Positions 29,058-40,800 of a DNA stretch of 64,000 bases are shown here, piece after piece. Source of the DNA: Planctomycetota bacterium. Its GTDB lineage: Bacteria; Planctomycetota; B15-G4. Each line of letters starts with the position of its first letter. The first letter of the stretch is position 1. A program made the position numbers and the translations under genes. The stretch is taken from NCBI GenBank assembly GCA_965248575.1, contig CBDFJQ010000002.1:4192001-4256000 (forward strand). The letters run 5' to 3'. Below the pieces are notes generated by a model. The model was not told the origin of the DNA. It ran no database searches and saw only the letters and a list, made by a program, of their open reading frames with translations.

Positions 29058-31565
29058 TCAGTCATGCATGGGGAGCGAGCACGCGCCCAAGTCGCTCCCG
29101 ATGGGGCTACCGGGTGGGAGAGGCGAGGCCGGGCGAACTGCAGGGTCGGCTGTCGCTGGGCGGCTCAGGAAGCGCTCGATGCTGCGCCGCAGGGCCGCCT
29201 GTTCCGGCAGGCTCTCGAGGCGGGCGCTGAGCGTGCTCAGGGCGGATTCGGCATCGCCGCGGACCCAGGCGGTGGCCCTGGGGTCGGCGGCCAATCCCAT
29301 CAGCTCGTCCACGAGAACCGACTGCACCACGGCTTGGACGGCCCGCAGTCGTGGCGAACTCGCCGAGCTCCCGAACGCTGAATCCATGAGGGTGTCCGTG
29401 AGCCAGCGCAGGTCGGGCAGGTCGCCGTCGCGGCGGTGCTGATCGACGAGGCGTGCGCAGCGTGCGGGTTGAAGCAGGGCGTTGAGCACCTGCCTGGCAG
29501 CGCTCGCAGCGGCGCCAAGGGCGTCGAAAGCAGGGGAGGTGCTGGAGGCGAACTGCTCCCGGTTGTGGGGGCTTCCGGGCGGGCGCGGATGGAGCAGGGA
29601 CAAGGTGCTCTCGGCGAGGTCGAGGGCTTCGGGGCGCAGGGCGCTGAGGAGGGCCGCCACGGCCGCTCGTTGTTGCTCCCCCGCGACCGACTTCACGGCG
29701 TGCAGTTCCCCATCGTTCAGGGCGTGGGTGTACTCGATGCCTCCCACGGACTTCGCGGCGGCGTCGACCTGAAAGCGGTGATGGAAGTAGACAGTGGCCA
29801 GCAGCTCTTCGAGCTCGGCAAGCGGTCGTCCGTCCGCCAGCCGTGTGGCATCGAATCGATCCAGGGCCCAGCGGCGTACGGCGAGGCTCTTGAGCAGTTG
29901 CTCGACGCTGTCAGCACCGTTGTCCCAGAGGTTGGCCTGTGGGTGAGCGGCGCTGGCGGCCCGCGCATCCCCATCCGAAAGGAAGGGGATCTCGCTCTGG
30001 GAGACGCCGATCAACTCGCTCAGGAACGCCTCTTCGGGCGAACCGGCGTCCACCTCGCTGTAGAGCCAGAAGAGGGAGCGTTTGTCCCACGGGCCGAGCC
30101 CCACGCCGTAGACCATCGAGAGGTCCAGACCGCCCTGCCCATCGAGGTCGACGTTGGGCGCCGGGTAGTCCATGACCGACCCGTTGAAGACGGTGCTCGC
30201 GGCGAAGTTGTGCGCGAACCCGAGCGTGTGGCCCACTTCGTGGGCTGCCAGTTGGCGGATGCGCATCAGGGCCAATTGGACCGGGTCGTGCACGCTCCCG
30301 TCGCCGCTGTGAGCGGTTCCGAGCAAGCCTTCGAAGAGCAGCCGGTCCTGGCGAATGCGCAAGGACCCGAGGGTCACGTGGCCCTTGATGATCTCACCCG
30401 TTCGCGGGTCGATGATGGAGTTGCCGTAGGACCATCCGCGGGTGGAGCGGTGCACCCATTGGATGACGTTGAAGCGGACGTCCAGGGGGTGAGCGTCTTC
30501 GGGCAAGAGGCGGACTTCATAGGCGTCCACGAAGCCCGCCGCGTCGAAGGCCTCGGCCCACCAGGAGGCTCCCTCAAGCAAGGCGCCGCGCACCTGTTCG
30601 GGGGCTCCGCGGTCCACGTAATAGATGATGGGTTCTTCGACGCGCGACCGGGAAGCACTGGGGTCGACGGCCTTCAGGCGATGGCGGGTTGCCCACTGGG
30701 TCCGGACGGCGTCGGTGAGGGCGGCCGTGGTGTCCTGAAAGCTCAGGGCGTTCCAGCCTGCGCGCGGGTCATGGACTCGTGGCGTGTAGCCGTCGTCGGG
30801 CAGGCGCACCAGGGAGAGATGCTGCACCAGGCTGACGGAGTTGGCAGTGGGGGCCGTGGCTTGCACCAAGCCCCCGGGCGCGTCGGCTCCGAAGGTGAGC
30901 AAGGCCTCGAACTCGAGGTTGTCTGGAAACGCGAGGCAAGCCGTGGTGTCCACGAGGCTGCGGTTCAGGTCGAGGGAGAAGTTCCCCTGCCCGCTGTTGC
31001 CCAGGGTCGTGGCCACGCCGTGGGCGTCCCGCAGCAAGAAGCTCGTGATCTCCAGCTTGGCTTGTCCCGAGGCGTCCACCGACTCGACTGTTCCGGCCCA
31101 CAAGACGGAGGTGGCGAAGGACTCTCGTGTCGCCCGCTCGGCGGCGAGGTTTCCAGAGGGGGCCCGGAAGCGCAGGTTGGGCTGCTCAAAGAACACGCGT
31201 TTGCCCTGGCGGCGCACGCTGATCAGGCGCGCTTCGCCGATCTGACCGCGGTCGAGGCCCACGTCGTTGTGGCCCAGCCCCGTGGCAATGCCCTCCAAGT
31301 ACAGGTAGCGCCCGACCTCACCGGCCGGCGCATCGTCTCGACCATGGGGTGCAGGCAAGGTGATGAACACCTTGCCGCCGTTGTCATCCAGCTCCAGGTC
31401 GAGCAACCCTGGCTGCTGGCGACGCTCGGAGTCCTCGCCGCCGTCTCGAGCCTGGCCGGACGATGTGTGGGCGCAGGCCGTGAGCAAGGCCACCGTGGCC
31501 AGGCACACAACCCAGCTCACCCGGCAAGGGAAGGCGATGCCGAGTGGCTTCGAGGGTTCGCGCAT
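29058..31565 (-). CDS. Zinc-dependent metzincin metalloprotease lipoprotein (DUF5117/DUF4953 type)
   Basis: Lipobox LLTAC; EPIIYYVD, DPRTGEIIKG, HEVGHTLGFAHN, Met-turn SVMDY. Confidence 0.9.
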   Translation of the reverse strand: MREPSKPLGIAFPCRVSWVVCLATVALLTACAHTSSGQARDGGEDSERRQQPGLLDLELDDNGGKVFITLPAPHGRDDAPAGEVGRYLYLEGIATGLGHNDVGLDRGQIGEARLISVRRQGKRVFFEQPNLRFRAPSGNLAAERATRESFATSVLWAGTVESVDASGQAKLEITSFLLRDAHGVATTLGNSGQGNFSLDLNRSLVDTTACLAFPDNLEFEALLTFGADAPGGLVQATAPTANSVSLVQHLSLVRLPDDGYTPRVHDPRAGWNALSFQDTTAALTDAVRTQWATRHRLKAVDPSASRSRVEEPIIYYVDRGAPEQVRGALLEGASWWAEAFDAAGFVDAYEVRLLPEDAHPLDVRFNVIQWVHRSTRGWSYGNSIIDPRTGEIIKGHVTLGSLRIRQDRLLFEGLLGTAHSGDGSVHDPVQLALMRIRQLAAHEVGHTLGFAHNFAASTVFNGSVMDYPAPNVDLDGQGGLDLSMVYGVGLGPWDKRSLFWLYSEVDAGSPEEAFLSELIGVSQSEIPFLSDGDARAASAAHPQANLWDNGADSVEQLLKSLAVRRWALDRFDATRLADGRPLAELEELLATVYFHHRFQVDAAAKSVGGIEYTHALNDGELHAVKSVAGEQQRAAVAALLSALRPEALDLAESTLSLLHPRPPGSPHNREQFASSTSPAFDALGAAASAARQVLNALLQPARCARLVDQHRRDGDLPDLRWLTDTLMDSAFGSSASSPRLRAVQAVVQSVLVDELMGLAADPRATAWVRGDAESALSTLSARLESLPEQAALRRSIERFLSRPATADPAVRPASPLPPGSPIGSDLGACSLPMHD

Positions 31566-31634
31566 GCCAGATCTCCGGGGGGCCGTGGGGACGACACCCT
31601 GGAGATCGCCCCGGGGGGCGTCAAGGGTTGCGGC

Positions 31635-33581
31635 CTAGTGCCGTTCGTTCTGGGCGAGGTAGCGGATGCTGTTGCGGCAGTACATGGCCGAATGCACTTC
31701 GCTAAGCTGCGAATAGCTGACCCCGTCTTCCAGGAAGTCGAGGTGCGAGATGATGCTGCCGACGCGAGGCATCATGCCCGCCATGGCTTTCACCATGGTC
31801 TTGACCTCGGCCTTGTCACTGTTCTCGGTGGCAGCCAGGAGCATGAAGTTGAGACCGCCACTGACCATCTGGAAGGCGGTCTGGGTCTCGGCGAGGCGCA
31901 TGCCGAAGGGCGTCAGGCTGGCGAAGGCCATGGGGTTGTCGGTGAGACGGTTCCCGGACAGCAGCGCGGGATGATCCTCGATGCCATCCACCTCGCCCGC
32001 TCCGGTCTCCATGACGGTGGCCAGCGCTGGCTCGGAGTTGGTGAAGACGAGCATGTCGCCCACCATGCCGTAGGTCACTTCCGGGATGGGGATCGACATC
32101 ATCGGGAGGCGCATGCTGGCGTTGATGCGCTTCATGCCGGGGAACATGCCGCGCGCATCCGAGATCTTGATGCTCGGCAGAGGCATGTTGGGCTCCTTTT
32201 CCTTGATCTCCTTCATCAACCAAGGCACGGCAGCTGCGTAGACGTTTTCGGTGCGGCGAATGATCGAGCGGAGGGCCTCGGGGTTCTTGGCCTTTGTCAG
32301 GACCACGAAGTCTTCACCCATTCCGCCGGCGACGGAGGAAGGCAACTGGATCTTGATGGAATCGCTGGCCATGACGGCGAGTACGTCCGTCTCGAAGTCG
32401 AGGTCGAGCACCGCTTGGAGCGACTTCCAGCTGACCAGGGCCTGCTCCACCTCACGCTCATCGCCGTAACGCTGGTACATGTCGAGCCCCCAGCGATAAA
32501 GCGGCACGAGGTCGAAGCCCTTCGTTGCAGAGAAGGACGTTGCGTCAGCGGGAACGAACGCGAGCAGGTCGTTGCTGGCAGGGCTGGCCAAGGCCTGGTA
32601 GATGGGGTTGCCGTTGGCGACCGCCTGATCATCAAAGCGGACCCAGGTCTCGCCGACGACGGTGAGCTCCTCCGCGTGAACGGTGTAGGCCACCGTGTCA
32701 ATCACTCGGCCCAGGTCGAAGAACTCCCGGGCCATGTCCCGTTCCATCTTGTTGTTGTAGTCATCACCGATGAACGGCATCACCTGCATCTGCGCATCGT
32801 CGATGAGTTGTGCGACGTCGATGAAGGTGGATTGGGGGGCGGTCCGGCTGAGTTCGCCAAAGGAGGTCGCGAAGCGCGGTGTGTCCACCAGGGACATGCC
32901 GCCACGGCCCTCCATGAGTGAGAGCGATGACTGGAACAAGCCTTCACCCATGGCAAACAGGATCTCATTGCCGCGAACCGCCATCTGCAGGACTGGCAAG
33001 TCGTTCCACTGGCGCGCGCGCAGGTTGAACAGCGTGGAGCCGGTGTCTTCGTGAGCGATCGTCTCGAAGGCGAGGTAGTCCGGGGAAATGGCGGCAACGG
33101 TTGCCAGCAGGTTCTTCAAGGAACTCTCGAGGCCAGCCACATCCTTGGCGTCGGTGCTGAACGCCATGGCCACGCTGGGCAAACCGGGAATCCACGGAAC
33201 CATCGGGCGCATGTCCATGCAGAACACGCTTTCGCGCTCGGTGAGCGCGGCCCAATCCACGCGGTGGATCAGGGTGGCCATCACGTCGCGCAGGGTGCGC
33301 AGTTGTGCGCCCAGCTCCGAGGAGAGTCCGCCCGATTCGAGAACCTCGATCACGAGTTCATCGAAGCGTGCGTCATGGACGGCGGCCAGGACCTCCGCGT
33401 TGTACTCATCGACGAAGCCCATGCTCTCGTCGGCAACGCGGTGGCTCATCATGAACGACTCTTCGGGCACGACCCGGGCAAGCTGCGCACTGAAGGCTGC
33501 CGGGGCCAGGACGGCCATGGACAGCAGGAGCGCGACAGGGAGGCGCGGCCTGGGTGTCGTGGTCCAGATCGATGGGATCAT
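31635..33581 (-). CDS. Secreted hypothetical protein (possibly DUF3352-like)
   Basis: Signal peptide ..APAAFSA; two related halves starting LARVVPEES and LLAFVPADA; start 33581 or 33596. Confidence 0.65.
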   Translation of the reverse strand: MIPSIWTTTPRPRLPVALLLSMAVLAPAAFSAQLARVVPEESFMMSHRVADESMGFVDEYNAEVLAAVHDARFDELVIEVLESGGLSSELGAQLRTLRDVMATLIHRVDWAALTERESVFCMDMRPMVPWIPGLPSVAMAFSTDAKDVAGLESSLKNLLATVAAISPDYLAFETIAHEDTGSTLFNLRARQWNDLPVLQMAVRGNEILFAMGEGLFQSSLSLMEGRGGMSLVDTPRFATSFGELSRTAPQSTFIDVAQLIDDAQMQVMPFIGDDYNNKMERDMAREFFDLGRVIDTVAYTVHAEELTVVGETWVRFDDQAVANGNPIYQALASPASNDLLAFVPADATSFSATKGFDLVPLYRWGLDMYQRYGDEREVEQALVSWKSLQAVLDLDFETDVLAVMASDSIKIQLPSSVAGGMGEDFVVLTKAKNPEALRSIIRRTENVYAAAVPWLMKEIKEKEPNMPLPSIKISDARGMFPGMKRINASMRLPMMSIPIPEVTYGMVGDMLVFTNSEPALATVMETGAGEVDGIEDHPALLSGNRLTDNPMAFASLTPFGMRLAETQTAFQMVSGGLNFMLLAATENSDKAEVKTMVKAMAGMMPRVGSIISHLDFLEDGVSYSQLSEVHSAMYCRNSIRYLAQNERH

Positions 33582-33772
33582 GGAGAGCTGGATCATGGAG
33601 AGCGATCTCGTGAGGCTCGAGGAGTGTGACGTCAACTCTGGTGAATCGTCCGTTGCAGGAATGATGTTGCCGGATACTCGGGCCACGACAAGATGGGCCA
33701 TCAACGTGTCACAGGCAAACATCCAACAGTCACGGGCCTGCCGTGGCACCGCCTCGGGGACTGTGCTTGGGC

Positions 33773-34951
33773 TCAGCTGAGGTCCTGCAGGGTGACTTCG
33801 GCCCGGAAGGGTTCGCCCAGCCGGTCGATGGTCAGGGTCAGGGTGTCCCCCAGCTCGAACTGCTGGAGGACGTCCAGCAGTTCGAGGCGAGAGCGTACGG
33901 GGGTGTCGTTCACCGCCAGGATGATGTCCCCCCGAATCCAGGTGTTCTGCACGGGGCGGATGCCGAGCAGCCCTGCGAGCCCGGCCGCGCTGTCGGGCAC
34001 CACCTCCTGGATATGGACCCCCTCGACCTCGAACCAGTGAGAGGCCGGTCGCTCGTCCAGGACCACGCCGAGGCCGGGTTTGCTGACTCTTCCATGGGCG
34101 ATGAGCTCCGGGACCACCCAGTTCACGATGTCCACCGGGACCGAGAAGCCGATGCCGGCGGAGCTCCCCGAGCTGCTGGCGATCATGGTGTTGACCCCGA
34201 TCAAGCGCCCGGCGCTGTCGAGCAGCGGCCCACCGGAATTTCCGGGGTTGATGGCGGCGTCGGTTTGGATCACGTCCCCGATGAGACGCTTGCTGGGGGA
34301 GCGCATGGTGCGGTTGAGGGCGCTGATGACCCCGGTTGTCAGGGTGCGTTCCAGCCCGAAGGGGTTGCCGATGGCCAGCACAGACTGGCCCACCCGAAGG
34401 TCTGCCGAGCTGCCGATTTCCAGCGGCGTCAGGCGCGGGGGAGCGGCGTTGATCTTGAGCACCGCCAGGTCGTGGTCCGCCGAGAAGCCCACCACCTGGG
34501 CTTCGTAGCGCAGCTCGTCATCCAGCACGACCAGCAGTTTTTCGGCGATGCGCACGTCGCCGCGATACGCATCGGAGCCGGGCTCCTGGACCACGTGGAA
34601 GTTGGTGACGATGTGGCCTCGGCTGTCCCACACAAAGCCCGTCCCGGCGTTCTGCTCGAAGCCTTCGAGGGTCCGGTTCGACCAGTTCACCTGGGTACGG
34701 ATCTGGCTCACGTTCACGACGGAGCTGCTCGTGCGTTCAAAGACGGAGATCACGGATTCTTCGGCGGCAGACAGCTGGCCGCGGGGCGTGACGGTCCGCG
34801 GTGACACAGTCGGGGGACCGAAGCTGAGGTCCCCACGGCTCCACATGACGTACCCCAGCAGCAGGACTGAGGAGGCCAGCGCGATCACCGAGAGGAAGCC
34901 AGCGGTGGAGCTGCCCGTGTCGCGTCGGGAGTGGTTCGAAGGGCGCTTCAT
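33773..34951 (-). CDS. HtrA/DegP family trypsin-like serine protease with one PDZ domain
   Basis: N-terminal TM; GTGFV, VTNFHV, DLAVL, IQTDAAINPGNSGGPL; C-terminal PDZ. Confidence 0.93.
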   Translation of the reverse strand: MKRPSNHSRRDTGSSTAGFLSVIALASSVLLLGYVMWSRGDLSFGPPTVSPRTVTPRGQLSAAEESVISVFERTSSSVVNVSQIRTQVNWSNRTLEGFEQNAGTGFVWDSRGHIVTNFHVVQEPGSDAYRGDVRIAEKLLVVLDDELRYEAQVVGFSADHDLAVLKINAAPPRLTPLEIGSSADLRVGQSVLAIGNPFGLERTLTTGVISALNRTMRSPSKRLIGDVIQTDAAINPGNSGGPLLDSAGRLIGVNTMIASSSGSSAGIGFSVPVDIVNWVVPELIAHGRVSKPGLGVVLDERPASHWFEVEGVHIQEVVPDSAAGLAGLLGIRPVQNTWIRGDIILAVNDTPVRSRLELLDVLQQFELGDTLTLTIDRLGEPFRAEVTLQDLS

Positions 34952-35140
34952 GGGGGAGGGCCAACCTATCACAGCGGCAAGGCCTTCCCCGGGGCCCTGA
35001 AGGCTGCGGCGAGCCGGCTTCTGCTGGGTCTTGTAACGGGGAGGGCGTCTGGCCGAGAGCCCTCATCAATGGAAAGCACGTGCGGCACCGGCTTGGGGGA
35101 GGACCTCGGGAGGTGCTGCTCTCCCCTGGGGGTCACACAG

Positions 35141-36037
35141 ATGCACCTTGGAACACTGACTGGAACTGGACTCTTCCGTTCGCTCGTCCTTCTTCCCTGC
35201 TTGATCGGGCCGCTGTTGGGCGGGGTCTCTGCCACGGCTGGGGACGGAGAGGACAAGGAGGTTGCTGGAGGGAGCCTTGGCAAGACGGCTGCCAGCGAGA
35301 CCCCGACAGCTCCCTTGAAGATGCCCTTGGAAACCGAGGCGGGGGCGGAGGCTGTGCGAGCCGCTGCAGCCCTGAAGAAGCAGGCATACTCCCTCGTCGA
35401 CGAGGCTCGTGAGCAAGGCCTTCTCGCCGCCGCTCGGGCCTACGGGCAGGTGGCGGACACCGCGCAGTTCGGCCGACTGGAACGAGTGGAGTCTGCCTTC
35501 CGATCGGGCGAGATCCTACGAGCGAGAGGGCTGCCCGCAGAGGCCAACAGCCGCTTCGCCCAAAGCCTCAGCCTCGGTGAGGGAAGTGATCATCTGTCGG
35601 TGAGGGTGTTCGCTTCTCGCGCCCTGCTTGAGCAAGCGCACCAGGCGCGACGTGTCGGTCAGATTGACCAGGCGCTCGAACTCTACGACGCGGTACGTAT
35701 TCGATTCTCTGACTGTGTCCGTGCGTGCACCCACGCCATTTCCTGGAGCGGCAAGACCCTGCTGCGCCACGATCGCGTGGTCGAGGCCCAGGGTCTTCTG
35801 CTGGATTTCGAAGCCTTCCTGCCGGACTACGCCCTGGACGCCGTGCGAAACGCCGAGCTGCTCGCAGACACTTTTCTCGAGTTGGGTCAGCCGGATCAGG
35901 CCATCGCGGCTGTTTCGCGTCTGGAGGCCGTTTTCGAGAGGAACGGCGAAAGCATGACCGACGCTGTAGAAGGCGCGTTGGGCGCTCTTCGTGATAAGCT
36001 GCGGGAGTCAGGTTACTCGCGGTCGCAAGACCGTTAG
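35141..36037 (+). CDS. Secreted TPR-like helical repeat protein
   Basis: Signal-like N-terminus; repeated G..A.A...[YF] helical hairpin pattern; start uncertain. Confidence 0.6.
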   Translation: MHLGTLTGTGLFRSLVLLPCLIGPLLGGVSATAGDGEDKEVAGGSLGKTAASETPTAPLKMPLETEAGAEAVRAAAALKKQAYSLVDEAREQGLLAAARAYGQVADTAQFGRLERVESAFRSGEILRARGLPAEANSRFAQSLSLGEGSDHLSVRVFASRALLEQAHQARRVGQIDQALELYDAVRIRFSDCVRACTHAISWSGKTLLRHDRVVEAQGLLLDFEAFLPDYALDAVRNAELLADTFLELGQPDQAIAAVSRLEAVFERNGESMTDAVEGALGALRDKLRESGYSRSQDR

Positions 36038-36075
36038 AGCTTGCAGGACGTCGGCCCGGGAGAGTGCCGGCGCCC

Positions 36076-36129
36076 AAAAAATCAGGGGCACCCTTCTCTG
36101 GGAGAGAGAGGAGGGTGCCCCTTCTTTTT
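36076..36129. terminator. Bidirectional intrinsic terminator
   Basis: AAAAAA, aggggcacccttctct stem / agaggagggtgcccct stem, then TCTTTTT; sits between convergent TPR gene and ugd. Confidence 0.8.
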
Positions 36130-36176
36130 GCCGGTCAGCCTTTTACTGAGCTGGCGGCGATCACAGCGACGGGCCT

Positions 36177-37523
<1,347 letters not shown>

Positions 37524-37747
37524 GATGACCTTCCTTCGAGAATTGGCCGGGTCCGCCCGCCGTGGTACTCCGGGTCACGGGAAGGGCGGCCGCAATTGGA
37601 CCTGTGAAAAGGTCTAGATCGGCCAGAGGGGGGCGCGAACAATACCCCTTCATCAAAAAGCAGTCAATCTGGCTCACGGGTCACAAACCTGTATAGCCGC
37701 AGGACTTGTGAACCCATGGCACGGGCTGCTGGAGATGAGGATGATCG

Positions 37748-37824
37748 GGGCGATTGGTTCAGCTGGTTAGAGCGCCTGCTTTACACGCAGGAGATCGAGG
37801 GTTCGAGTCCCTCATCGCCCACCA
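37748..37824 (+). tRNA. tRNA-Val(TAC)
   Basis: Acceptor GGGCGAT/ATCGCCC+ACCA, D arm, anticodon arm CCTGC-TT TAC AC-GCAGG, T arm GAGGG-TTCGAGT-CCCTC; CCA encoded. Confidence 0.95.
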
Positions 37825-37892
37825 CTTTTCCCATCCCCATCACGGTGACGCCGGCTTCGTACTCTCGGCGATTCCCCTCCGGAGCGCAGTCC

Positions 37893-40800
37893 ATGTCGCT
37901 GTTTTCGGCCGCCCTGGCCCCCATCTGCTCCTTGGCTCGCAGGCCGCTCGGCCTCCTGGCACTGCTCCTGGCCAGTTCGCTCTCGAGTTCCCTGGCGTGG
38001 GCGTCGAGCCCAGCCCCTCCAGCCCCTCCAGCCCCTCCAGCGGAGGGCGCGACCTCCTCACCCGTGGAGGGCGCCCTCGGGGCCTTGCACGGTGGCTCAC
38101 CTCTGGAGGCCTGGCGGCTTTTGCTCGCCGAGGTGACCGGGGGGTTCAGCGGCTCCCTGGGTGGCGGCGGTTCGCAGGAGCTGATCGTCGCCGAACAGGA
38201 ACTCGTAGCCCTGGTGCTCACGGATCTGACCGCCGATTCCGGTCTGTGGCGGGAGACGCTGGACGCGCTGCAGGTGCTTCGTCCCTGGCCTGAGAGCCTG
38301 GCACCCGAGGTATCGTTTCGCCTGGAGCACCTCGTCGCTCGGTGTCTGCGGCGTCTCGGGCAAGCGAACAGTGCGCGGGGGGTCATCGACCGGCTGGGCT
38401 ACTTCTCGGATTGGTACGTCGTCGGGCCTTTCGACAACGAGCGCGGGAGCGGCTTCGATGTGCCCTATGAGCCCGAGCAGGAGTTCGACCGGCCGGCGGC
38501 CATGGCTGGCAAGGAGCGGGAGGTCTCCTGGCGCTGGGTTCCTGCACGTCACCACCCTCTGGCGCGCGTGGCGCTGCACGAGCTCTTCCGCCCCAACACC
38601 CAGGCGGTCGCCTACCTGGCCACATCGCTGCAGCCGCGTGACCCGGGTTTCGCCGAGCTGCGGGTGGGTTCCTCGGGGCCCTACAAGATCATCCTTAATG
38701 GCGAGGTCGTCGCGACTCAGGATGCCGAGCGGCGCTACGAGCCTGACCAGGACCGTCACGTGATCCAGCTAGCCGAAGGCTGGAACTCGCTGCTCGTGAA
38801 GCTGGGGCATGAAGAGGGGGCGTGGACCTTCGACGCACGCCTGACCGAATTGAACGGGCGTCCGCTGCAGGCGGTTCAGTGCGAGTCGGTCTACAGCGCC
38901 TGGCCTGGGCCGGCGCCGACGGAGGACGAGGCAGCACTCATCTTCTACGGCGTGGAGCCCGAGCGGGACGAGACGGCCGTCGTGATCGCAGGAGACAGCC
39001 CCGAGGCCTCCGCGGTCGAGACTCTGCCGGCCATGAGACCCGGCACGCGGGAGCACCTTGAAGCGCTGCCCGACGATGCCCATGCCCAGCGGCTGCTTGC
39101 CCAATACCACCTGTCGATCCAGGCGGAGGATCTGGTGGATGACAGCTTGGTGCAGGTCGCCCAGCGCGCCGTGGCCGCGGATCCAGACCATGTCTGGGGC
39201 CGATACCTGCTGGCGCGGGCCTACGAGCCCCGCGGGCAAAGCCGCAACGAGATGGAGGTCAACAAGCGGCTACACGCCCTGGATGAGGTGCTCTCGCGGA
39301 ACCCGGAGCACGTGGCGGCCTTGCTGGACATGGCGGATTTCTCCCTGAGCGACAACCCGATTCCCGTTCGCGCAGATGCCATGACGAAGCGGGCCCTGGA
39401 GGTGGCTCCCAACTCATGGGATGTGCTCCAGATGCGGGCCCGCTTCCTGGACTTGCAAGGCAGATCGTCCGAGGCGGACCTCATGCGCCGGACCGCGGAA
39501 TCGAGCGAGGAGGCTTCGTATTCGTCATGGGGGATCCTCTCCCGGGCCCGGCGCTTGCTGAGCCTGGGCCTCCCGGATGTGGCACTCCAGACCATGCAAG
39601 TCGGGGCTGATCGGGACGTGTTGGACCGCAGGCTGATCGGCGAACTCGTGGACGGGCTGGTGGAGACGGGCGAGTACTCCGTGGCCCACACAATCGCTGA
39701 GCGCGCCATGACAGCGGAGCCCTTCGATGTGGATCGCATGTTGGAGACGGCGATGCTGTTCGAACAGGGCGATCAGGTCTATCAGGAACGCGGTCGAGAG
39801 CTGGTGGATCGGGCGCTCAGCGTCTGCCCGGAGAGCACCCGGGCCCTGGATCGGCTCGTACGGATCGAGGAGCGCATCGGTCATCTCGACGAGGCGGTCG
39901 AGGGTCTGACGGAGTTGCTCAGGCTGGATCCCTCTGATTCCCGCACCCGTCGGCATCTGGCCTTGCTGACCACGGGCACCCAGGAGCGCTTCGAGGAGCC
40001 CTACCGCTGGGATGCTGCAGAACTTGTGTTGCTCCCTCTGCCCGACACCAGCGCCAACGACCCGCTCGAGGTCCTGGCGCGCACCGTGGTCTGGCGCGTG
40101 CAGCCCGATGGCACGGAGCACCAGTACCAGCATGTGGTCTTGCGCGTGCTCAACGAGGGCGGCGCGCGGATGCTCGATGTCTACCCGGTCGCGGGCGCGG
40201 GCGGCGGCACCCTGCACATGCACAACGCCCGTGTGCTCCGGCGGGACGGTTCGGTGGAATACGCGCCGGCCTCACGGCGCTCGGGCCGTTCCTACCGGAC
40301 CTATGACTTCCCGCCCTTGTCCGTCGGGGATGTGGTGGACATGGAGTGGCGCTCCGACCAGGACACCGCGGATGTCTTCGGGCAGTACTTCGGCATCCGG
40401 CATGACTTCTACCCCGACCGCATCGATGGCCTGGCCCCGACCCGCTGGTCGGAGCTGGTGGTCATTGCTCCGGAGGATGTCCCGCTCACCGTGCAGGAAC
40501 GCAACGCCGACGGCCTCGAGCGCGAACAGTCTCAGGAGGGTGACCTGATCATCCGCCGCTGGTTGGCGCGCGATCTCGCTCGCCCGCCGCTCGAGTCCTC
40601 CATGCCTGCTGTGAGCGAGTTCACGCCCTCGGTGGACATCACGACCTTTCGCGATTGGAACCACTTCTCGACCTGGTGGTGGCACTTCATCGAGAAGGAG
40701 TTCGTGACCACGCCCGCCATGCGCGAGAAGGTCGCCGAGCTGACGGAAGGCCTGGAGACCGAGCGCGAGCGCATCGAGGCCATCGTGCGCTTCGTGGGCC

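Noticed and set aside
29436..32921. 1161-aa plus-strand ORF and similar long ORFs (23..1624, 5313..6965, 8781..10589, 25394..27532, 43526..45475)
   Set aside because: Antisense shadows of well-supported genes, expected at high GC3; no motifs
37748..37824. tRNA-Val as an integration site for a genomic island
   Set aside because: No integrase and no duplicated tRNA 3' end seen in the window; downstream genes have host-like codon usage
37716..37892. N-terminal extension of the 1377-aa ORF
   Set aside because: Runs through tRNA-Val; ATG 37893 gives a proper signal peptide
38010..38041. 9-bp tandem repeat ccagcccct x3
   Set aside because: Simple Pro-Ala-Pro linker after a signal peptide; no regulatory signal apparent
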